Of a stretch of 64,000 bases of DNA, positions 54,106 through 64,000 are shown one piece after another; the first letter of the stretch is position 1; each line of letters opens with the position of its first letter. The notes below the pieces were generated by a model. That model was not told the DNA's origin and made no database searches. It saw nothing but the letters and a program-made list of their open reading frames with translations. Position numbers and translations under genes: made by a program. Where the stretch lies: positions 496,001 through 560,000 of the forward strand of contig JAQGDQ010000017.1 of NCBI GenBank assembly GCA_030141605.1, given 5' to 3'. The stretch is from Tubiluchus corallicola (lineage: Eukaryota; Animalia; Priapulida).

Positions 54106-55455
54106 ATATGAATGTCGAAAATGGAAACTAGTAGCAATCAGTGCCATAATTAGGATCTGGTACTTCAATTACGTCTATCAATTATTGCAACACGGAGGTA
54201 ATGCCAAAAATCACACAAGACAATATAAGACACTTGACGAACATTGATTCGCTTTCACTCCCCGGGGACAATTCTGCGGTTGGGTTCCCTAAACACTATC
54301 TCACTGCTGTTGATGTTGCATGTTTTCCTTGGAAACATAATGGCTCAGTGTCTTATTTAGAAAGACTTGTATAGTCTAGTCTATGCAACCCCATCACCCC
54401 CATTGGTGCGGATCCATACATTGGCACCTAGTCTCACTGCCTGAAATCTAAGAAGATCTCGGGTCAAATGACCTCCAAAGTTACTTGACCTTCAAATCTC
54501 TTTTTGAAAAGCAACAGCAGTGTCTCATTCTTGAAGAGATGCAAATATACTCCACAATTTGCAGTCGGGCGAATCCAAGAGTCAAATGATCCCAGCGTGA
54601 TCAGTGTCTATGTGGGTTAAAAGGTACTTGGTTCAAATCCAAGCCGAGTTACAACTTCTTACATTTTCTGTTCATCAAGGTTCTCCTCAAATTTAATTAA
54701 TTGTGGGCTTGGTCTATGGTCACTTGAACTTTGGAAACCACAAAAAACTAGATCGGAATTCACATGATAAACTCACCGTATAAGAAACCCATCGTGAGAA
54801 TTCAAATTGTAGTTCGTGATTTGTAGATAGAGAGCACTTGACACCTGCACAAAACGGCATCCACTCCACATAACAGACGTAATTAAGAATTTGTAACACA
54901 ATGCCGTGCGTTTCCCATAATATGCCAAACCCTGACTCCTGGTCCAACAATAGAGAAACCGTTACGCACTGGAGGACACTCCAGACGTGAATGCAAAGAA
55001 TTACGATAATAACACTGAGCAGACTGAATATATTCAAGTTCATGCTGGTACAATGGCCCATCCTACCCAGCGAATCCCAACTTCCAGCTAAGGCAGATAT
55101 TCCATCCCCTTTGCAGGGAGTAAAAAACTGTTGGTTTGGTCATTTCACACCATTTCTAAGAACTTGACATAAGCGGTCATTAAGAAGCTAAGACAAAACG
55201 ATAACTTGCATGACGTCTTCATAATGAAGCCGGTTAATGATGGGCAAAAACTAATATTTTAACATGCAAATTTAAAAAAGACGTCTTTACATGAAAAGAT
55301 CTTTAAGTAAAACTGGCAAATATTGATCGACTTGATGAGAGCCAGAAGTCATACGCTCAAGTACTTTCAGTATTGTCACCTAAAAGTTCTAAAATTCCAT
55401 AATCACTTATTCAATTACATATATTATATCATTACATATTACATATCATTATATA

Positions 55456-56387
55456 CCGTAAAACGGGGTGAGTTCGCCACCCGAGGGTGAGTTCGCCACC
55501 CCTTACGTAAGGGCCATTGTAGGTTTGCTGTAACTATTGTTCAGTGTTTAATGAACAGATATCATGATCACCGTCATTATAAACAGTTTGCGACAGTTAT
55601 CTTTTTTCAATTCGCTCTAGAAGTACTCCATTCTGCGCTACATATTATTTGTCTACTATTTCTTGCTACTTAACATGCCACGCACCTACACCCCTGTACC
55701 GGGTCATAGATAACAATATTATACCCCAGAAGCTCTGGAAGCTGCCCTACATGCCGTCAAGAATACCAACAGGACAATCAGCGCAGCGGCGAGGCAATTC
55801 GGAGTTCCAAGAAAGACCGGAGGTCAGCCAGTGTTCTCCGCCGCCGAGGAGCACGAAATCGCCAACACTCCAAGTGGCCGCTGAATGGGAGTTCCCAATG
55901 ACTGCCATCGATCTCCGACTTCTGATTAAGAGTGTTCTTGACGCGAAGGGAATCCGGGAACGACGATTCAAGGCAAACACCCCTGGAATAGACTTTGTCA
56001 AATCATTCGCCCGAAGGAACAATCTGGTTTTCAGAGCGGCTGGCAACATCAAGGGCGCCCGCGAAAAGATCAGTGCACAAGACGTTCAAGCCTTCCTTGC
56101 CAACGTAGAAGTTTCTATTTGAAAACTAAAACTAGACATTTTTCATAATTTTTTCATAGGGTGGCGAACTCACCCCCAACCAGCCAATCACAACCAGTTA
56201 ACTTCAGCTGCCTAGAATGGCATTAAAGAGTGTAAAATCGTTAATGGCGAATTCACCCCACGATAGTGTTTCATTCGAAAGGCAATATAAAGCTTGAACT
56301 AAGAAAATTGGTTTGGTAATTCTCTTGCTATGGCAGGAAACGTAAAAAAAAACCCCTAAAAAGTGGCGAACTCACCCCGTTTTACGG
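55456..56387 (+). mobile_element. Internally deleted pogo-family DNA transposon (932 bp) with transposase DNA-binding-domain pseudogene
   Basis: Perfect 25-bp TIR CCGTAAAACGGGGTGAGTTCGCCAC, TA TSD, and inner GGGTGAGTTCGCCA repeats at both ends. From ATG 55675 it reads MPRTY...R*...ALEAALHAVK...ISAAARQFGVPRKT (psq-type HTH). After a frameshift it continues ...EWEFPMT..DLR...NTPGIDFVKSFARRNNL (CENP-B-type HTH). No DDE domain. Confidence 0.93.
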
Positions 56388-56847
56388 TATATATTATATC
56401 ATTGCAATCATTTGCCATTTTTTTTATTTTTCGTCAATCTAGTGCTTCCAGCAATCACTGCTACCACATATAGGCATGTACATCATGCCACATTCGTTTT
56501 TTACCATTTCAACAGTGTCAGATGTTAATCCGCAACAGAAAAAATATTTCGAATTTCGACAACTACTCGTTGAGCTGGAATTAGCAACTTACCCAGCCAG
56601 CATATGGGGTGGTAGTGTAAAGTCCTGTTTACTTTGCCATGTTTTTGCTCTTTCTTTATTTGCTTAGGATTTATTCCCATATGGGCAGCCGGAAGCGAGA
56701 GCTGAACCTAATACAATGGGTGCCATACTTACACTATTGTTAACCTGTACTTGTATGTGCAATACAGCAAGGCCAGCAGGTGAGAAGATATGAAGTGGTC
56801 ACTGGAAAGTAATCAGGTGTCACACAGGTAAAAGAACGGTTAGGAAG

Positions 56848-57095
56848 TGTCTTTGTCAAGACATTCTTTGATACTAGTCATAGTGGTCTTGTTAAGACAT
56901 TCTTTGATACTAGTTTCAGTAGTCTTATAAAGACATTCTTTGATAAAATTTTTAGCAGTCTTGTCAAGACATTTTTTCATACTAGTCTTAGCAGTCTTGT
57001 GAAGGCGCTCTTTGATACCAGTCTTAGCAGTATTGTCAAGCCATTCTTTGCTACTGGTCTTTGTGGCTTAACAGAGACATTCTTTGCTACTAGTC
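56848..57095. repeat. Minisatellite, ~36-bp unit x ~7
   Basis: Consensus ~GTCTTGTCAAGACATTCTTTGATACTAGTCTTAGCA, head-to-tail with no spacers. Confidence 0.92.
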
Positions 57096-58759
57096 AGAAA
57101 AATATTTTGAAAATGTTAATAATGCAAGTGCAATTAACCAGTAACGCAGATGACATATAATAATTATCAAGCTTGGAATTAATTCTCATAACTGAAATTA
57201 CTTCTAATTGCAAAATATCAGTAAGTATCAGAATAAAAATAAAAAGCCAAACAAAAAAATTATGTCTACATATAAATAGTACGGCATATATACAAATAAT
57301 AATCGGACACATTATGTAATATGTATGTCTCCAAGACTATGGTCTTTTTCTCAAAATTTTTTCCAGTTACAATTACAATGCGTTTTAGCTCAACAACACG
57401 TACATAACTAGTCTACATTCCACGTATAGAACTTTTTGCAGTGGAGAACTATAATTTTTGGTGACAAATTTTATAGTTCAAATCTGCGTAAATAATGAAC
57501 ACCCTCATAATAACACAGAATACCGTTTTCGGTTATTTACTGTATTAAATTTGATTGCTAAAATACTGAAATTTACAATCTCAATTTGCTTAATCCGCTA
57601 CAGTTTTACCTTAATTTATGATCTTGCAAAGCCTAGCTTCAAAAATATCTACTTATATCTGATGAAACGTCACAGAAACTAACGTCAATTAAATCGGATT
57701 TTGGGTGTTTACTGCGCAATTCGAATTAGTGAATTTTTTTCAAGTCTCAATGTTTAGTGCACGTTTTCACTCTGTATGCCTAGCTGATTGGCGAATGTTT
57801 TTCACAACACTCTTGTTTTCGTTTCTCACCAAAACTCTGACTTTTGTTTTGACTGTAAACTTCACTTCAATGGCGCTCACTGTTCTAATAAAGTTGTTAA
57901 AATGCTTGAAATTCTTGCAGCGATCGGGAACCAGGGTCATTACGTCATCTTTTGTCTTTAGTTTGAATCCTTTTACCAATTAAAATTTCTGTGTGTACCC
58001 CAGACTGTTCTGTGCTTTTTCAACAAGTACGCCTTTTAAATTTTAACAGTTTCTATGCTTTTTAAACTCTACCAAACAGCGACTATCGCTGCAAAAGTCA
58101 ATTTATTAATCGCAAAGCTTGTGGCTTGCTTTAAAAGTAAAAAAAGATAATAATCAATAATGAAAAAATGGTTGTAAACAACAAACAAAGCTCTGGATAA
58201 AATTACACAAACATAAATTGAGATATAACCTTAATCTGAAATCTGTAATGCGACCCAATCCCATATTTTGTATTTTCATACGTTTCAACGGATCACCAGG
58301 TTGTCTATTACATTACAAGCATAAAAAATAGGCGTCTTTAGAAAAGTAGCAGTCATACAACAGCAACAGTTGGGTTGCCGCACTAATCATGTTCAGAGAA
58401 ACATGGCACGCTCGGAGCAATTTAGAGCAGACTCAGCGGAGTGACCATGATGTTTGTGAAACTGTTAATTGTTGTTTTGATGAAGCGATTAGACACACCT
58501 TGAGTGAACTAAATTCAATGTAAGCCACTAGAAGGCGTGGTCGACCTTAACCAACGCACTTTTACAGTCACTTGCTAGTAAATGAAATGAAACTCTGATT
58601 AGACCACACAGGTGCATACCTGGAAATTAACGTATGAACACACAAAACATTAAGAAACCAAACCTGTTCTGCGAATCGTAATTCAGTTCTAAATATATGG
58701 TAGTGTCATAAACTCGCAAGAAGTGTGCCCCCCAAACGTCAAAGAAGATTTTATTTGTA

Positions 58760-59165
58760 CAAAACTTTTATCTTTAAGAGCTATAATGTTGTAGAGCTAA
58801 AACTCTAGAGCTAGAACTAGACTTTTGTAGTTTACTGCTCACTATACCAAACAAACTAAAATTTGCTTTGAGGTTTAAGAGCACTCGTAAAACTCCTGAA
58901 AGCTCAGGCATCAATCTTACCCATTCCAAAATATTATAAAGCATTATTACAAATGATTTGCAAAGCATTTAGAGGTTATTTGTGCAAAACTCTTTTATCT
59001 GTAGAGCTGTAATATTGTAGAGCCCTTTAAGCAACTAGAATTAGATTTTTTGCACAGTTTACTGCTCACGATACCGAACAAACTAAAATTTGTTTTGAGA
59101 TTTACGAGCACATATTTATTTTCTTGGGAGAACTATTTCCTAAACCCAAGCTTCAATCTTACCCA
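58760..59165. repeat. Diverged tandem duplication, ~225-bp period
   Basis: Shared AGTTTACTGCTCAC.ATACC.AACAAACTAAAATTTG and TCAATCTTACCCA blocks. Confidence 0.85.
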
Positions 59166-61658
59166 CTTTTTTCAATTCAGCTACCCAATTAATACAAAGT
59201 CAGGAAAGTCATACGCATTTGTGAAACTTGTGTAAACTACTAGTGGCTCAAGAGGGTGAAATTAAGGGCTGGTTTAGTGGCGCAGAATTATTTTTTCTCA
59301 GTTTCCAAATCAAAGTAAAGCACCTACAAGCGTGTGAACCCTATCGGTCATTGTCACCGTCACTGCGGGAGCATGAACTGTACGAATATGAATGAACCTT
59401 AAACGAGATGCTTATTGTTTACAGAACCGCCAGAGCTGGTCAAACTACGGAAAACCAGATTTTAACCTCTTTGAGGTAGAGTTAATAGCGGTTATAACGT
59501 TCAAACATTCGTAACTGCTTGTGGTTCGTTATCATGCATTTTTGGGCATCGTATTCATTTCATTCCCTGAATCTTTCACGCACTCCAGAATGGCCACTTT
59601 GGAATTCGTCAAATATCATGCCGGTTCGGAACTGCATACTGGGCAGTGTGGGGAAGGGGGAGGTACATGTGCTGAACAGATGGGCAGTTGGTTGAATTAA
59701 GGACGCGTGTCAATGTGCAGCATGTGGTGAACGACGGGGGCAAATGACTAGTACTGTACTGTATTGACATTAGCTAGGCAAAGCCCAGCACTAGGCAAAA
59801 AGGGGGTGAATCTGTATATAACAAAATCACGGCAAGCGGAAAAATAATGCAAATTCGCCTAGAAAAAGAAATACTTCACTACAGAAAATTCAGACAACTC
59901 GTAAACTTTTAACAACCAAATACAATATAAACTGACTTTTCTCAGTTCGCCTCCAATTCTATGTCAGAGTCGGTGTCAGTCTTAGCCTTCTTTTTTCTGT
60001 GTTTCTGCTTATTTTTCTTTATGTTTTAAGCCACAAGTTTGTACGACTTCTGTGTATATCTGCAAATTTTTATGTTTGTCGTCCCTACATGCGTTTGTTT
60101 TTCCTAATTTGAAATTTAAAACCACAAATCAGGACTTGTGGCAAACGAGTTTTGGTCGATTAACTTTTCCTGAATAAATATCTTTTCTTACTTTATTTCT
60201 TTCTTACTTTCCATAAATACCCAAGCCTCAGTCGTGAATATATTATTATATTATTGGAATATCAAAGCTCTAATAAATAAGAACGAGGATGACGTTGATG
60301 AAAACGATGGTGGTGGTAATGGTGAACGATGGTTATGGTAATGATGAGAAGGTATGTCACATGCCACAGAAAAGATATAAGTTAAAAAAAACAACAGGAA
60401 AATAGCAAGCCGAATTTCACGTTTATATATTAACTTGTTTTGTACTGTTGCCGTGCCATGATTACGACAACTTACACTAGAAGTCATTAAAATCTAACTC
60501 CTGTACATGCATATCGTACAAAACATAAAAGCAATAAGAAAAAGCTAAAAAATTTTAGTGGCCTTATAATGAAATCGTGAAGGCCAATAGCAACTAGCAA
60601 ACAATAAATAAAACGTATGGAACAATTACCTATCTATCATCTTGGCGGTGGCATTACCTCGTCTGTAAGCACACACAAACTAATGAAACCATCACTTGTA
60701 CAGTAAATAAAATTTACTGCGTTTCCTTGAAGATGAGTTGAGTAGATAATTGACTTGGCCCAATTTCAGGCAGTAACCCGAAGATATATAAAAACTTTGC
60801 AACCAATTAAAACTTCTAATACGTACCAGATAACAACAACAACTTTATAAAACTTGTGAGGCATAAAAACTAATTACGTCCAATATTAATAGGATTTTTG
60901 CGTGCGACGGATGAAGAACTATTTGTTTTTGAATCACGCAATGATACACAATGGTTAAAGGAACTGCTTCCCACAGATATAAGTAGATGTAATTACCAAG
61001 TGCACTGTCCCAGTGATTCAGGCAAACTCGTTTTCTTGCCATAGATCGAATTTTGATTATTTAATGATAACAAGCGCGCCATCCCTGTTTTAGTTTATAG
61101 AGCCTAACAATGTTTTCTTTTACACTGCATGTTTTTGTGAAGGAAGTGTCAATGTCTTAGTACTTGGTCTCTCAAAATAGGTTTTTGACAAATACAAGAT
61201 CCTACATATATGCCTTTTCGAACGATTCTTTACGTAAACTAGTACATAGTGCAATAATGAATAATATAAAGTACAACAAATGCGAAGTTGCTTAAATCCG
61301 TTTGTCAAACAGCCTGCACCGGCATGTTTCAAATTACTTGTTGGGAAAATGAAGATTATAAAAGTGTATGTAGCACATACTGCACTTACAGGCTTGCTCG
61401 AAAAGTAAACGTTAACACTCACACATGTTAAATTCTTAGAACACCATTAACACCAAATAAAGCCTGCTTAATTGCGACTTCAGTCCATCTTGAAGTTTTT
61501 ATTGCCTCGGTCAAGATTATAATGTATGAGTCTATTAAGAAAAAGTTCTCATTATATGTTAGCTGCAGCATTCACTGCACATCATAGCGGCTGATACGAA
61601 AAATGCGGAAACTAGCTGTAGAGGAGTTGGTAGCCATCATAAAAAAATATTAGCTGAT

Positions 61659-61912
<254 letters not shown>

Positions 61913-63799
61913 AACAGCGACCAGGCCTGACTTTGGTTCTATTGCAAAACAGTAAAAAAATTACTTCTCGTTAAACCTCATTAACTTTTTTGAACTCGTT
62001 ATTTTTCAACGTTGTCACTTAAACACTGTCCAACAATTCACAATTAACCTATTGACAAAAAGAAAAAAGGTTGAAAACAAAAAGGCTGTTACCTAGTTTA
62101 CTTGTGTTGAACATACGCGGGGCGACATTAAATTTACGAGAATTTAATAACTCGCTTCTTGGTTTCATGCCCTTTGTACCAATTATTTTGGGAAACTCAA
62201 AATTCGAAAAATGAAAACATTTAACGCTCAAAAACACATTGCAAAACGAGTTGAGCATACAAAATGTACCTTGTACACACATTAGGCCTATTTCGTATGT
62301 ATATTTGACATTCCGGTGTTGCCAAGATTAGCATAAGGTCTTACAATCAATTTTACAGCAATAATTTCCTCTATTGAACGTCACTTGGATTCCGTCAAGG
62401 CGTCATCATTCTCCCAGCAATGTTTGCTGAATAGCTTTGTGATTAACTATTTCCATTTCATTTTGTTAGGATAAATTTCATCTACATTGTACATTGTAAC
62501 TTTTGTAGGTAGACATCACAATATGACACACCATAAAGTAAACAACTGATATAGTATTAAGATATTTTCTGAATAACTGTAACAATGGAGACCAAAGAAT
62601 TATAGGCATACCAGAGATACTGGGACATTTTCATTGTGAGTAAGCCCTAAATAAAGTCAAACTAAACACCGTTCGGCGGGAAAAACGAATTACCTCACAA
62701 AGGACAAAATCATTAAAATAACAACTTATCTCTAAGGTAACAAGTACGCTTGACTGAATCTCAAGATAGAACCATTCAGTGCTTATAATAAAAGTTTAGC
62801 CTTTTGTGGTATGTGACTAATCCCAATTTCTGTCCATTCATTACAGTTTAACTGTATTTACTTTAGCATCTCGTTATTATGTTGATGAGGTATAATTACT
62901 TCATTAATTTAACTGAAGGTTTCTGGTTCCAATCTAAAAAGACCCCAATTCTTCTTTAATATTTCGGGTAACAAAAGGCTGCGTAATATAGATTTCGTAT
63001 TTCTATAAAGGCGGAGAACTTGATACTTAATGGTAAAATCATAAACCATAAAATTAATGGTATAATCAGAGAAAAGACCGCAAAACAACACGTTTTAACA
63101 TCAATCCCCACATTTAGAATGGTGGACCTGGCTCCTGAATTCATTTACACTTAGCAGGACTGTAGGCAAACGTCAAAAGAGACACAGGTGAAATCCATGC
63201 TGGATAATGCTGCCACGACAGTTGAAAATAAACTCCACTGAGTGGCCTAAAGCAGTTTTAAGCCTTTGGTACAGTTGATTTCGTGAATTACTTTCACTTG
63301 CTTCTAGCAAATGGACAAATGTTAGTAACAGGATGCTCCGACATTAAGCGTCAGGTAATATCGCAATATCTCCAAGGTAAACTCAGCAAGTCCTTCAACT
63401 TTACGTTTGCAAACGATATTCCGCGGGTTTGAGCTGTTAATTATCCGAACATTGTAAGTGATAACTGGTAAGTAATGCCACCTTGTAATTTTGCGTAAAT
63501 TCAAAGTAATGTCGAGTTTCTAAAATTCTGAAGTAATAATTTACCAGGCAATGAAGATTGAAAACGGTGGGTTTTTTCTTTCGTTAGACAAATCCTTGTC
63601 TCTTTGATTCGATCTACAACGATCCATTACCAAGTTCATTCGCCAAGTAGCTTATAAGACTAATAAATACATTATATATTCTAATAAGCATCGTCTTCCC
63701 CAATAAACTCTCGTATTAAATCGAGGTCTGTAAGTTAATTATATAAGCCACAGTATAATAAAATTATAAATTTGAGGGAGAAGCAGAGAAACAGACAGA

Positions 63800-63857
63800 A
63801 GCGAGTGAGCGAGCGAGAGAGAGAGAAAGAGAGAGAGAGAGAAAGAAAGAGAGAGAC
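63800..63857. repeat. GA-rich microsatellite
   Basis: Directly visible. Confidence 0.85.
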
Positions 63858-64000
63858 TACAATAGATTGCAATTAGAGCACAACAACCATAGCAAGTATA
63901 ATTATCAAACCTTTTTATGACATTAACGTAATAAAATAACACGTAGCGCAAAATAGGACAATAATGGACTCACATGGTGAACAATAAACCGTACAAAATA

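Noticed and set aside
54560-54625. Minus-frame LTHIDTDHAG resembling a metallo-beta-lactamase motif
   Set aside because: Flanked by multiple in-frame stops, with no splice sites and no other MBL motifs. It overlaps a B-box-like SINE head.
56848-57095. CRISPR-like 36-bp palindromic repeats
   Set aside because: Units are head-to-tail with no unique spacers, there are no cas genes, and the context is eukaryotic.
59930-61045. KILLILD and a Lys-rich tail suggesting a pogo DDE relic
   Set aside because: No TIRs and no other catalytic motifs recognisable.

Overview
This is AT-rich metazoan (most likely invertebrate) nuclear DNA, dominated by one minus-strand gene: the core planar-cell-polarity gene prickle. 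I reconstructed six coding exons by hand, all with GT-AG junctions and matching phases: 36066-36145 (ATG at 36133), 29680-29863, 29117-29230, 28537-28674, 3380-3583 and 1464-2777. They give a ~673-aa protein with a Testin/PRICKLE3-like Cys-rich N-terminus, PET, three LIM domains, a CSTCSSSS...GGVRISYV motif and CAAX (CVIS). The gene has a ~25-kb intron and a ~0.9-kb 3'UTR with Pumilio elements. The rest is intron or upstream DNA. It holds MITEs (hAT and Kolobok/T2-like), an internally deleted pogo element, LINE and SINE relics, satellites and homeodomain-site clusters. No prokaryotic features or CRISPR arrays are present, and almost all short ORFs in the track are spurious. The two best leads are (1) two opposite-orientation copies of one MITE bracketing exactly the PET exons, a possible circRNA or exon-skipping switch, and (2) a 40-bp intronic hairpin whose G-U pairs favour the prickle-sense strand. 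Both are hypotheses, not demonstrated systems.
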